NCBI GenBank assembly: GCA_947445225.1
Contig: CANFCX010000001.1
Location: 154,287 to 217,355, forward strand
From: Rhodospirillales bacterium
GTDB taxonomy: Bacteria; Pseudomonadota; Alphaproteobacteria; CACIAM-22H2
Reading direction: 5' to 3'
DNA length: 63,069 bases
The stretch's first letter is position 1; each line of letters opens with the position of its first letter. This document shows positions 47,600 to 56,754 of the stretch, in pieces. The notes beneath the pieces are model-generated. The model was not told the origin of the DNA, searched no databases, and worked only from the letters and a program-made list of their open reading frames with translations. The translations under genes were made by a program, and so were the position numbers.

Positions 47600-48672
47600 C
47601 GCGACAGCCCTCCGACCAGGCTCGGAATGTCGAGAGCGCCGAAGCCATAGTGGCGAAGCCAGCGGAGGTCGGCGTCGAAGAACGTACGCAGATCGGGGAT
47701 GCCGTATTTCAGCATGGCGATGCGCTCGATCCCCATGCCGAAGGCGAAACCTTGAAATTCGCCAGGATCGACGCCGCAATGCGCCAGCACCTTGGGATGA
47801 ACCATGCCGGCGCCCAGGATTTCCAGCCAGGAATCGCCGGCGCCGATCTTCATCTCGCCGCCTTTGCGCGAACAGCCGATATCCATTTCAGCCGAGGGTT
47901 CGGTGAAGGGGAAATAACTGGGCCGGAACCGCACGGGCACGTCCGGTATCTCGAAATAGGCGCGGACGAAATCGATCAAGCAGCCTTTGAGATGGCCCAT
48001 ATGCGTCGACCGATCGATGACCAGGCCTTCGACCTGATGAAACATCGGCGTGTGGGTCATGTCGGAATCGCGGCGATAGGTGCGTCCCGGCGCGATGATG
48101 CGCAAGGGCGGGCGCGATTTCAGCATCGTGCGCACCTGCACCGGCGAGGTGTGGGTGCGGAGCAGCAGCCGCGAACCGTCCGGCTTCTGGGGAAGATAAA
48201 ACGTGTCCCACATCTGCCGCGCCGGATGTTCGGGCGGCATGTTGAGGGCCGTGAAATTGTGGAAGTCGTCCTCGATGTCCGGGCCTTCGGCGATGGCGAA
48301 TCCCATTTCGCCGAAGATCGCGACAACTTCGTCGATGGTCTGTCCGATCGGATGAATCCGCCCCTCCGATTCCGGTCGCGGCGGCAGCGTGACATCGATG
48401 CGTTCGCCTTCGAGACGGCGATTCATCTCGGTCTCGCGCAAAGACGCTGTCTTGGTTTCGATGGCCGCTTCGATTTCGGTCTTGATCGCATTCAGCGCGG
48501 CGCCGGCGGCCTTGCGCTCCTCGGCCGGCAATTTCCCCAGGTCCTTCAGGCGCTGCGTGATCTCGCCCTTGCGGCCGAGCGCGGCCACGCGGCGCGAATC
48601 AAGTGTCTCCAAATCCGCGGCTTGGTGGACACCCGCCAGGATTTCATCGCGTAGCCGGTTCAAATCGTTCAT
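47596..48672 (-). CDS. pheS: Phenylalanine--tRNA ligase alpha subunit
   Basis: Class II motifs including [14 protein letters not shown] and GAGMVHP. Confidence 0.95.
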   Translation of the reverse strand: MNDLNRLRDEILAGVHQAADLETLDSRRVAALGRKGEITQRLKDLGKLPAEERKAAGAALNAIKTEIEAAIETKTASLRETEMNRRLEGERIDVTLPPRPESEGRIHPIGQTIDEVVAIFGEMGFAIAEGPDIEDDFHNFTALNMPPEHPARQMWDTFYLPQKPDGSRLLLRTHTSPVQVRTMLKSRPPLRIIAPGRTYRRDSDMTHTPMFHQVEGLVIDRSTHMGHLKGCLIDFVRAYFEIPDVPVRFRPSYFPFTEPSAEMDIGCSRKGGEMKIGAGDSWLEILGAGMVHPKVLAHCGVDPGEFQGFAFGMGIERIAMLKYGIPDLRTFFDADLRWLRHYGFGALDIPSLVGGLSR

Positions 48673-48714
48673 CGCGTTGGGTCCCGGGAAAAAACTAGCC
48701 TCTCGCGGAGAGTG

Positions 48715-48749
48715 AAACGAAAAAGGGCCGGCCCTCTCGGACCGACCCC
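48715..48749 (-). terminator. Hairpin plus U-tract between rplT and pheS (terminator or attenuator)
   Basis: Minus-strand RNA reads GGGGUCGG-UCCGAGAGG-CCGGCCCU followed by UUUUUCGUUU. A second, weaker hairpin plus U6 lies at about 48689-48712. Confidence 0.5.
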
Positions 48750-48775
48750 TTTATCACTGCCGAGACGCGGTTGTC

Positions 48776-49138
48776 TCAGGCGGGCTTGAGGGCGGCCCGG
48801 GCCTTTTCGGCCAAGCCCTTAAAGCCATCGGGATCGGTGATCGCCAGGTCCGACAGCACCTTGCGGTCGATTTCGATGCCGGCCTTCTTGATCCCGAACA
48901 TCAGTTGCGAATAGGTCATGCCGGACAGGCGCGCCGCCGCATTGATGCGCTGAATCCACAAGCCGCGGAAATCGCGTTTGCGGTTGCGCCGGTCGCGATA
49001 GGCATAACGAAGCGCCTTCTCGACCTTCTCGAGCGCGGCGCGAAAGGTGGTGCTCGACCGGCCGCGATAACCCGCGGCGCGTTTCAGGACTTTCTTGTGG
49101 CGGGCGTGGCCTGTTGTCCCGCGTTTGACGCGTGCCAT
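48776..49138 (-). CDS. rplT: 50S ribosomal protein L20
   Basis: [19 protein letters not shown] start, 120 aa. Confidence 0.95.
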   Translation of the reverse strand: MARVKRGTTGHARHKKVLKRAAGYRGRSSTTFRAALEKVEKALRYAYRDRRNRKRDFRGLWIQRINAAARLSGMTYSQLMFGIKKAGIEIDRKVLSDLAITDPDGFKGLAEKARAALKPA

Positions 49139-49153
49139 TGTTGAGCGCCCCCG

Positions 49154-49351
49154 TTAGCCGTGTAGGAAGAAGCGGATGACCTTGCGCGCGTCACCCTTTT
49201 TCATCGTGGTGCTGGCGCGGGCCTTGCGCTTCATTTTCTGCGAGCGTTTGCGCAGATTGTGACGCTTGAAGGCATGGGCCATCTTGACCTTGCCAGTCCC
49301 GGTCAGTCTGAACCGCTTCTTGGCGGCAGACTTGGTCTTCATCTTGGGCAT
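49154..49351 (-). CDS. rpmI: 50S ribosomal protein L35
   Basis: [14 protein letters not shown] start at ATG 49351, 65 aa. Confidence 0.9.
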   Translation of the reverse strand: MPKMKTKSAAKKRFRLTGTGKVKMAHAFKRHNLRKRSQKMKRKARASTTMKKGDARKVIRFFLHG

Positions 49352-49616
49352 TTTGCTTCCTTTCGATGAACCGGCGGCAATCAATCCGACGATTCGTCCA
49401 TTGGTTCAGGCGGTTGGGCATGCCCGGGGCTGTCGCCCTGGCCTCGCCGCCTGGAAGTGGGGGTTTATACAGACCGAGGTGAATTCGCGCAAGAGCCGCC
49501 GCCCGCGCCCGAAGGAGTGCGAAAATTGCACTGAAGGGAAGGCGCCCGCAACCAAATCGCCTTATATAGTGGGTAAACTATATCGGGGGCCAAGCCGGCC
49601 CCTTTCGGGGGTGGCC

Positions 49617-50246
49617 ATGGTGAAGATCTACGGACGCAGCAATTCGGCGAATGTGCAGAAGGTGCTGTGGGTCTGCGAGGAACTGTCGATTCCGGTGCAA
49701 CGCGAGGTCGTCGGCGGCGAAAGCGCCGGCATGAAGACTCGCGATCCGTCCTATCTTGTCCTCAATCCGAACGGGCTTGTTCCCACCATCGATGACGACG
49801 GATTCGTGTTGTGGGAATCGAATGCCATCGTGCGCTATTTCGCCGCCAAACACGGCGCCGGGACGCTGTGGCCGGAAAATGTGCAGGAACGGGCGGACGC
49901 CGATCGCTGGATGGATTGGGCATCGATGACGATCGCGCCGGCGATGGGGCCGCTGTTTGTCGGGCTGGTGCGGACGCCGCCGGAAAAGCGCGACGCGGCC
50001 GCGCTCGACGAGGCGCGCCATCGGGCGCTGGACGCTTGGAAAATCTTGAGCAACGACCTCTCCCGGCGCGATTTCGTGGCCGGGAGCCACTTCACGATGG
50101 GCGACGTCGCGCTTGGCGTTCACGCCTATCGTTGGTTCAACCTGCCGATTCAGCGGCCCTCGATGATGGTTGGCCTGCAGAACTGGTACGCAAGGCTGAC
50201 GATGCGGCCGGCCTATAAGAAATGGGTGATGACACCGCTGACTTAG
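49617..50246 (+). CDS. Glutathione S-transferase family protein
   Basis: LNPNGLVPTI and ESNAIVRY N-domain motifs. Start trimmed to ATG 49617 (MVKIYG). Confidence 0.8.
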   Translation: MVKIYGRSNSANVQKVLWVCEELSIPVQREVVGGESAGMKTRDPSYLVLNPNGLVPTIDDDGFVLWESNAIVRYFAAKHGAGTLWPENVQERADADRWMDWASMTIAPAMGPLFVGLVRTPPEKRDAAALDEARHRALDAWKILSNDLSRRDFVAGSHFTMGDVALGVHAYRWFNLPIQRPSMMVGLQNWYARLTMRPAYKKWVMTPLT

Positions 50247-50298
50247 CGAGGCGTCAGGCCTCGCGGTCGAGCCGCGGCGAAGGGGCCGCAATCGGGGC

Positions 50299-51630
50299 AT
50301 GACCGGGACGATCTTCGCTTTGGCAACGTCTTCCGGCCGGGCCGGAATCGCGGTGCTGCGTGTGTCCGGTCCGGGGGCGGGCGCGGCCATCGCCGCGCTG
50401 ACCCGCCGCCCGGTGCCGCCGGCACGCCGCGCCAGCCTGCGCCGGCTCGCCGATCCATGGGGCGGTGACGTGCTGGACGATGCACTCGTGCTCTGGTTTC
50501 CGGGACCGAACAGCTTCACCGGGGAGGATGTAGCGGAATTCCATATCCACGGCGGCAGCGCGGTCGTGGCGGGCGTCAGCGAGGTTCTCGGTCTGCTGCC
50601 CGGGTGCCGCCTTGCCCAAGCCGGGGAATTCACCCGCCGGGCTTTTGAAAATGGCCGGCTCGATCTGACGGAAGTCGAGGGCCTGGCCGATCTCATCGCG
50701 GCCGAGACCGCGGCCCAGCGGCGGCAGGCGTTGCGGCAGCTGGACGGGGAGCTGGGCGCGCTTTACGAGGGCTGGCGAGCAAGGCTGATCCGGGTGCTCG
50801 GGCACGCCGAGGCCGATATCGACTTTCCCGACGAAGATTTGCCGCATGGTTTGGCCGCCGCGATCCGCCCCGAGATCGAGGCGCTGGCGGCGGAGATCGA
50901 GCGCCATCTCGATGACGGACGGCGTGGAGAAAGGCTTCGGGAGGGCCTTTCCATCGCCATCATCGGCGCGCCCAATGCCGGGAAATCGAGCCTGTTGAAC
51001 CGGCTGGCGCGGCGGGATGCCGCCATCGTATCGGCAACCGCCGGAACAACACGCGACGTTATCGAAATTCATCTCGATCTCGGCGGGTATCCCGTGGTGA
51101 TCGCCGACACCGCCGGTCTGCGGGACAGCGGCGACGACATCGAGGCCGAGGGCGTGCGGCGCGCGTTGGCACGGGCGAAGGCGGCGGACCTCAAGCTCGC
51201 CGTCTTCGACGCGGCGGCCTGGCCAGGGGTGGATGCGGCCACGGCGGCGCTGGTCGATGACGACACCATCGTGGTTCTCAACAAGATCGATCTTGGTCAA
51301 TCCAAGACCGCGCCGATGCCCGATGGGCGGCCGGTGGTGGCGGTTTCGGCGCTGACCGGGGCTGGGGTGGAGGTGTTGTTGAGCGCGATTGAAAGGGAGG
51401 CCGCGCGCCGACTCAACGTCAGTGTTTCCCCGGTTCTCACGCGCGCCCGGCATCGCGAAGCCCTTGAGGGCTGCGAAGCGGCGTTGCGGCGGGGCCTGGT
51501 GGCGGGTCTGCCGGAGCTTGCCGCCGAGGATCTGCGGTTGGCCGCGCGGTCATTGGGCCGCATCACGGGACGCGTCGGTGTTGAGGATATTTTGGATGTC
51601 GTCTTCCGCGAATTTTGTATTGGGAAATAG
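50299..51630 (+). CDS. mnmE: tRNA modification GTPase MnmE
   Basis: G1 GAPNAGKSSLLN, DTAG, NKID and a C-terminal FCIGK. Confidence 0.95.
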   Translation: MTGTIFALATSSGRAGIAVLRVSGPGAGAAIAALTRRPVPPARRASLRRLADPWGGDVLDDALVLWFPGPNSFTGEDVAEFHIHGGSAVVAGVSEVLGLLPGCRLAQAGEFTRRAFENGRLDLTEVEGLADLIAAETAAQRRQALRQLDGELGALYEGWRARLIRVLGHAEADIDFPDEDLPHGLAAAIRPEIEALAAEIERHLDDGRRGERLREGLSIAIIGAPNAGKSSLLNRLARRDAAIVSATAGTTRDVIEIHLDLGGYPVVIADTAGLRDSGDDIEAEGVRRALARAKAADLKLAVFDAAAWPGVDAATAALVDDDTIVVLNKIDLGQSKTAPMPDGRPVVAVSALTGAGVEVLLSAIEREAARRLNVSVSPVLTRARHREALEGCEAALRRGLVAGLPELAAEDLRLAARSLGRITGRVGVEDILDVVFREFCIGK

Positions 51631-51696
51631 GGCAACGGCACTGGTCCGGGGCGCGGTAAGATGCGGTTTGTAGTTCTTGGCCTCTTGGGGGGGTCG

Positions 51697-52152
51697 ATGT
51701 CGCATCGTCGCTTCAAGCGAATTGTCGGTTCCGGGATGATGACAGTTGCGGCGCTGGCGCTCGCCGCCTGCTAGGCGCCGTTGCCGCCGCGCGAGGCCCA
51801 AGTTCGCGGGGCGCCGGTTCGTGAGGGGCCGCTTGTGGTTGAGTTGGTGTTCGGGCGCACGATTGCGGACGGCTTGGTGGTTTCGGACGCGGATTGGCAG
51901 CGTTACGTCGATGACGTTTTACCCCTCCGGACGGATGGTTTCACCATAGTGGATTGCCAGGGCGGATGGGTGGATGGCGGGCAGGTGGTCCGGGAGGGTT
52001 GTAAATTCGTGGTGTTGGTGATCGAAAGCCAACGGCTCGAATCCCTGAAGGATGCCGTGGCCGAATATCGTCGGCGTTTCCGTCAGGAAAGTGTGTTGTG
52101 GATGGAAAGGCCCTGCCCGCAACCGATGTGCCGGTTCGAAGGCGCGCCATAA
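51697..52152 (+). pseudogene. DUF3574-like lipoprotein gene interrupted by an in-frame TAG directly after the lipobox cysteine
   Basis: ATG 51697 encodes MSHRRFKRIVGSGMMTVAALALAAC, then TAG (51772-51774). The same frame continues into the 123-aa ORF 51781..52152. Confidence 0.5.
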
Positions 52153-52189
52153 ATAATCATCGTATTTATAATATAAATACATATTAAAC
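52149..52189. other. Short, strongly AT-rich tract upstream of mnmG
   Basis: 36 of 41 positions are A/T (counted by eye) in a GC-rich genome. Contains TATAAT (52167-52172). Directly followed by parS. Confidence 0.6.
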
Positions 52190-52200
52190 GGCGACGAGAA

Positions 52201-52216
52201 TGTTTCACGTGAAACA
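52201..52216. other. parS: parS centromere-like ParB-binding site (intergenic)
   Basis: TGTTTCACGTGAAACA is a perfect palindrome and matches the established parS consensus TGTTNCACGTGAAACA. The palindrome extends to GAATGTTTCACGTGAAACATTC (52198-52219). Confidence 0.85.
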
Positions 52217-52241
52217 TTCGGGGTTTTGACTCCGGGCCGGA

Positions 52242-52261
52242 CCGCGACTATAGAGTCGCGG
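52242..52261 (+). promoter_or_regulatory. Perfect 8-bp inverted repeat/hairpin 2 nt upstream of the mnmG start codon
   Basis: CCGCGACT-ATAG-AGTCGCGG, then AA and ATG (52264). Confidence 0.4.
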
Positions 52262-52263
52262 AA

Positions 52264-54129
52264 ATGAGCGGTTATGACGTCATTGTGGTGGGCGGCGGAC
52301 ATGCCGGCTGTGAGGCTGCTGCTGCTGCCGCGCGGCTGGGCGCATCGACCCTGCTGCTGACCCACAATCCGGCGACCATCGGGGAAATGTCGTGTAATCC
52401 GGCGATCGGCGGGTTGGCCAAGGGCCATCTCGTTCGCGAAATCGATGCGCTCGACGGGATCATGGGCAGGGTCATCGATCGGGCGGGCATTCAATTCCGC
52501 ATGTTGAACCGCAGCAAAGGCCCCGCCGTTCGCGGGCCGCGCGCCCAGGCCGATCGTAAACTCTACCGTCTGGCCATGCAGGAGGTTCTGGCGGCGCAGC
52601 CGAATTTGGCTATTCGCGCGGGCGCGGTGGAGAATCTGCGATTCGGTCCGGAGGGTGCGATTGCCGCCGTCGTGTTGGCGAGCGGCGAGGAGATCGCGAC
52701 CGGCGCGGTCGTGGTCACGACCGGGACCTTTCTCCGCGGGCTGATCCATATCGGGAAGGAGACCCAGGCAGCCGGCCGCGTGGGTGAAGCCCCCGCGCTG
52801 GGGCTTTCGGTGGCTTTTGAAGCCGCGGGTTTTGCCCTTGGACGGTTGAAGACGGGCACGCCGCCGCGCCTTGATGGGCGCACCATCGATTGGCGGGCGC
52901 TCGCCGTGCAGCCCGGCGACGATCCGCCCGAGCCGTTTTCCTTTCTCACCGCGAGGATCACGACACCGCAGGTCCCCTGCCATATCACCGCGACCACGCC
53001 GCAGACCCATGACATCATCCGTGCAAATCTGCATCTGGCACCGATGTATTCCGGGCAAATCGGCAGCACCGGCCCGCGTTATTGCCCGTCGATCGAGGAC
53101 AAGGTCGTTCGCTTCGCCGACCGCACCCGCCATCAAATCTTCCTGGAGCCGGAGGGGCTGGACGACGACACCGTTTATCCGAACGGTATTTCGACGTCGC
53201 TTCCCCGCGACATCCAGGGGGCACTTCTCAAGACCATCCCCGGCCTCGAACACGCCGAGATGGTCCGGCCCGGTTACGCCGTGGAATATGACTATGTCGA
53301 CCCCCGGGAGTTGTGGCCGACCCTGGAAACGCGGCGGATTAAAGGCCTTTATCTCGCCGGGCAGATCAACGGCACGACCGGTTACGAGGAGGCCGCCGCC
53401 CAGGGGCTGATGGCCGGGCTCAACGCGGCGCTGGCGGTATCCGGCGGCGAGCCGTTCACGTTGGACCGCAGCCAGGCCTATATCGGCGTGCTCATTGATG
53501 ATCTGGTGAGCCTCGGTACGACCGAACCCTACCGCATGTTCACCTCACGCGCGGAATTCCGGCTGACCCTCCGGGCCGACAATGCCGATCAACGCCTGAC
53601 CCCGAGCGGAATCGCCATTGGCTGCGTCGGTGGCGAACGGGCGGCGGTGTTCGCGGCGAAGGCGCGGAATCTGGCTGCCGCGCGGGACCTAGTGTCGAGC
53701 CTCCGCGCCACACCCACCGATCTGCAACGCCGCGGCCTCCAGGTTAATCAAGACGGCGCAAAGCGAAGCGCCGCCGACCTTTTGGCCATGCCCGGCGTGG
53801 ATTGCCGGCGGCTTGCGATCCTGTGGCCGGAGCTAGGCGGGCTGGCGCCGGCGATCGCCGAACAGCTTGAAATCGATGCACGATATGTCGGTTACCTCGA
53901 CCGTCAGGACGCCGATATCCGTACATTCCGCCAGGATGAAACCCTGCTCCTGCCGCCCGATCTCGATTATGACGGCCTGACCAGCCTGTCGACGGAGGTT
54001 CGCACGAAACTGGCCAAGGCACGGCCGCCGACGCTGGGCGCGGCCGCCCGGATTTCCGGGGTCACCCCGGCGGCGCTGACCATCCTGTTGCGTTATGTCC
54101 GCCGCGCCCAGCCCGCTCACCCCGGATGA
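52264..54129 (+). CDS. mnmG: tRNA uridine 5-carboxymethylaminomethyl modification enzyme MnmG (GidA)
   Basis: FAD motif [16 protein letters not shown]. 621 aa. Confidence 0.95.
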   Translation: MSGYDVIVVGGGHAGCEAAAAAARLGASTLLLTHNPATIGEMSCNPAIGGLAKGHLVREIDALDGIMGRVIDRAGIQFRMLNRSKGPAVRGPRAQADRKLYRLAMQEVLAAQPNLAIRAGAVENLRFGPEGAIAAVVLASGEEIATGAVVVTTGTFLRGLIHIGKETQAAGRVGEAPALGLSVAFEAAGFALGRLKTGTPPRLDGRTIDWRALAVQPGDDPPEPFSFLTARITTPQVPCHITATTPQTHDIIRANLHLAPMYSGQIGSTGPRYCPSIEDKVVRFADRTRHQIFLEPEGLDDDTVYPNGISTSLPRDIQGALLKTIPGLEHAEMVRPGYAVEYDYVDPRELWPTLETRRIKGLYLAGQINGTTGYEEAAAQGLMAGLNAALAVSGGEPFTLDRSQAYIGVLIDDLVSLGTTEPYRMFTSRAEFRLTLRADNADQRLTPSGIAIGCVGGERAAVFAAKARNLAAARDLVSSLRATPTDLQRRGLQVNQDGAKRSAADLLAMPGVDCRRLAILWPELGGLAPAIAEQLEIDARYVGYLDRQDADIRTFRQDETLLLPPDLDYDGLTSLSTEVRTKLAKARPPTLGAAARISGVTPAALTILLRYVRRAQPAHPG

Positions 54130-54736
54130 GTTCGACCGTCTGGCTGATGTTTCACGTGAAACATCGGCCAAGCTGAGGCTCCACGCCGCTCTCTTGCTGC
54201 AATGGCGCGGGCGGGTGAATCTCATCGGCGATTCGACCTTTTCCGACCTGTGGCGAAGGCATTTCCTCGATTCCGCCCAGCTCCATGCGCTTATTCCCCG
54301 AGACGCCGCGACCCTCGTGGATATCGGCAGCGGCGCCGGTTTCCCCGGTCTTGTCCTGGCGGCGATGGGGGGGCTGGATGTCCATTTAGTCGAATCCGAT
54401 GGCCGCAAATGCGTTTTTTTGCGGGAGGTCGTTGCCGCCGCCTCGCTTCCTGCAACGATCCACAATAAGAGGGCCGAGGAATTCAATTCCTTGCGCGCCG
54501 ATGTCGTTACCGCCCGTGCCGTGGCTCCGCTGTCCCGTCTGCTCGATTATTCCAGCAAGCTCCTCGCTCCCGGCGGCAGTTTCCTCTTCCACAAGGGCCG
54601 CGCGGTCGAGGATGAATTGACGGATGCGGCAAAGCGATGGAAGATGGACGTGGAACGTTTCCCAAGCCAAACCGATCCATCGGGTACCATCCTGCGACTC
54701 ACCGGGGTGCGAAAGCGCAATGCCGAGCGACGTTAA
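54095..54736 (+). CDS. rsmG: 16S rRNA (guanine527-N7)-methyltransferase RsmG (GidB)
   Basis: SAM motif [15 protein letters not shown]-terminal VSRET is encoded by the internal parS. Overlaps mnmG by 35 nt. Confidence 0.9.
   Translation: MSAAPSPLTPDEFDRLADVSRETSAKLRLHAALLLQWRGRVNLIGDSTFSDLWRRHFLDSAQLHALIPRDAATLVDIGSGAGFPGLVLAAMGGLDVHLVESDGRKCVFLREVVAAASLPATIHNKRAEEFNSLRADVVTARAVAPLSRLLDYSSKLLAPGGSFLFHKGRAVEDELTDAAKRWKMDVERFPSQTDPSGTILRLTGVRKRNAERR
54148..54163. other. parS: parS centromere-like ParB-binding site (inside the rsmG 5' coding region)
   Basis: Second exact copy of TGTTTCACGTGAAACA. Read in the rsmG frame as D-V-S-R-E-T. Confidence 0.85.
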
Positions 54737-55604
54737 CGCCATGCCCGATATCGCTCCCGGCACGCCGCTGCGGCTGATCGCCGTGGCCAATCAAAAGGGC
54801 GGAGTTGGCAAAACCACCACCGTGGTTAATCTCGCCACCGCGCTGGCCGCGGTCGGCAAACGTGTGCTGGTCATCGATCTGGATCCGCAGGGCAATGCGA
54901 GCACCAGCTTTGGCATTTCGCAGGAGGCCCGCGCGACCGGCACCTATGACGTGTTGCTGGGTCGCGCCGATGTTTCCCAAGCGACGAAAGCGACCACCAT
55001 CCCGGGACTCTCGATCATGCCGGCGACCGTGGATTTGACTGGGGCAGAGATCGAATTGATCGACATGCCCCGGCGCGAATTCCGCCTGCGCGACGCCCTG
55101 CGCGGCGCGGTCTTGCCCTATGATTACATCTTCGTCGATTGCCCGCCCTCGCTGACCCTGGTCACGCTCAACGCCCTGGTCGCGATGGAATGGGTGCTGG
55201 TCCCGCTGCAATGCGAATTTCTGGCGCTGGAAGGCCTGAGCCATCTCGTTCGCACACTGGACCGCGTTCGCCGAAGCCTTAATCCGCGGCTGGAGCTGCA
55301 TGGGCTGGTTTTGACCATGTTCGATCGGCGCAGCAACCTATGCGAGCAAGTCTCCGCGGATGTTCGCTCATATTTCGGCCCCAAAGTTTATGACACGGTG
55401 ATTCCCCGCAACGTTCGCATCTCCGAGGCGCCGTCGCATGGCAAGCCGGTGCTCCTCTACGATTGGCGGTGTCCCGGCGCGCAGGCCTATGCGCAACTCG
55501 CGACCGAGTTGCTGCGTCGCGGCGCGGCCGCTGGAATCGCGGAGGCCGCGGCGATTCCGGCCGCCGGTATCCGCGCCCGCGCCGCCTCGGGCGACAGGCC
55601 ATGA
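54720..55604 (+). CDS. parA: Chromosome partitioning ATPase ParA
   Basis: Deviant Walker A NQKGGVGKTTT. Alternative ATG at 54741. Confidence 0.9.
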   Translation: MPSDVNAMPDIAPGTPLRLIAVANQKGGVGKTTTVVNLATALAAVGKRVLVIDLDPQGNASTSFGISQEARATGTYDVLLGRADVSQATKATTIPGLSIMPATVDLTGAEIELIDMPRREFRLRDALRGAVLPYDYIFVDCPPSLTLVTLNALVAMEWVLVPLQCEFLALEGLSHLVRTLDRVRRSLNPRLELHGLVLTMFDRRSNLCEQVSADVRSYFGPKVYDTVIPRNVRISEAPSHGKPVLLYDWRCPGAQAYAQLATELLRRGAAAGIAEAAAIPAAGIRARAASGDRP

Positions 55605-56530
55605 CCGCGGGCGGCGAAGATAGAAGCCGGCGGCCGCTGGGCCGGGGTCTGTCGGCGTTGTTCGGCGACGCCGAATCCCCATCCGCGCCCACGGCCTCGC
55701 TTCGTCAGATGCCGATCGCCATGCTCAAGCCAGGCCGGTTCCAACCGCGCCGCGTCTTCGATGCCGAGGAAATGGCGGCGCTCGTCGAATCGGTGAAACA
55801 GCGCGGCGTGTTACAGCCGATCCTGGTCCGCCGCGACAACGGCAAACCCGATTTCTTCGAGATCATCGCCGGCGAACGCCGCTGGCGGGCGGCGCAAAGC
55901 GCGGGTCTGCACGAAATCCCGGTGGTCGTGCGCGAGGTTTCCGACCGCGAGGCGCTTGAAGTCGCGCTGGTCGAAAACGTGCAGCGCGAAAATTTGGGTC
56001 CACTCGAGGAGGCGGAGGGGTATCGCCGGCTGACCGCCGAATTCGGCCACGCCCAGGAAGAACTGGCGCGCGCCGTCGGCAAGAGCCGCAGCCATGTCGC
56101 CAACACCATGCGCCTCCTGCGGCTGCCGCAGCCGGTGAAACAAATGCTGGAGGATGGCCAAATTTCGGCCGGCCATGCCCGCGTCATGCTCTCGGCCGCC
56201 GACCCCATGGCCATTGCCCGCAAGGTGGTGGATGAGGGGCTCAACGTCCGCCAGACGGAAGCGTTGGTGCTTGGCCGCGCCGCCGCGAAAAAGGCACCGG
56301 AAGCGGCCTCCAAGCCCGCCGCCGCGACCAAGGACGTTGATACGCTGGCGCTCGAGCGCGACCTATCGAAGGCGCTCGGCTTCGCGGTGACGATCGAACC
56401 CGCGGGGGCGGGCGGCAGCGGCCGTGTTGTGGTCCGCTACAAGACGCTGGTCCAGCTCGACGACATCCTAAAACGGCTGAAGAACGAACCGACCGTCGGC
56501 CCCGGCGTTCGGCGCGCGGGCTCCCTCTAG
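55601..56530 (+). CDS. parB: Chromosome partitioning protein ParB
   Basis: GRGLSALF N-terminus, GERRWRAA box and HTH region. ATG 55601 overlaps the parA stop as ATGA. Confidence 0.9.
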   Translation: MTAGGEDRSRRPLGRGLSALFGDAESPSAPTASLRQMPIAMLKPGRFQPRRVFDAEEMAALVESVKQRGVLQPILVRRDNGKPDFFEIIAGERRWRAAQSAGLHEIPVVVREVSDREALEVALVENVQRENLGPLEEAEGYRRLTAEFGHAQEELARAVGKSRSHVANTMRLLRLPQPVKQMLEDGQISAGHARVMLSAADPMAIARKVVDEGLNVRQTEALVLGRAAAKKAPEAASKPAAATKDVDTLALERDLSKALGFAVTIEPAGAGGSGRVVVRYKTLVQLDDILKRLKNEPTVGPGVRRAGSL

Positions 56531-56736
56531 CGGGGGTATGGGGGCCTCCCGGCCCCCATGACTTTCCTGCGTTCCTCGACTTTCTTCAACACCTCGCGCC
56601 GGCCGTCGCCAGACAGGTCCAGCCAAGCCGTAATTTCGTCGATGGTGCGAAAACAGCCCGCGCACAGCGCGGTGTCCTTGTCGATCCGGCAGATATCGAC
56701 GCAGGGCGAGCGCACGAATTCGGAAATCCGGTTCAT
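56527..56736 (-). CDS. DUF1289-like small Cys-rich protein
   Basis: SPCVDICRID....LCAGCFRTIDEI pattern typical of DUF1289. Confidence 0.6.
   Translation of the reverse strand: MNRISEFVRSPCVDICRIDKDTALCAGCFRTIDEITAWLDLSGDGRREVLKKVEERRKVMGAGRPPYPR
56538..56559. terminator. 9-bp GC hairpin just after the parB stop, overlapping the 3' end of the convergent DUF1289 ORF
   Basis: ATGGGGGCC-TCCC-GGCCCCCAT. No strong U-tract. Confidence 0.35.
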
Positions 56737-56754
56737 TACGGTCTTGGTTGCCGG

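Noticed and set aside
48695-48757. A 20-codon GTG-initiated mini-ORF ([20 protein letters not shown]) in the rplT-pheS spacer as a pheM-like leader peptide.
   Set aside because: There is no Shine-Dalgarno sequence upstream. It has only two Phe codons, and these are simply the terminator U-tract read in frame. That is insufficient to call a leader peptide.
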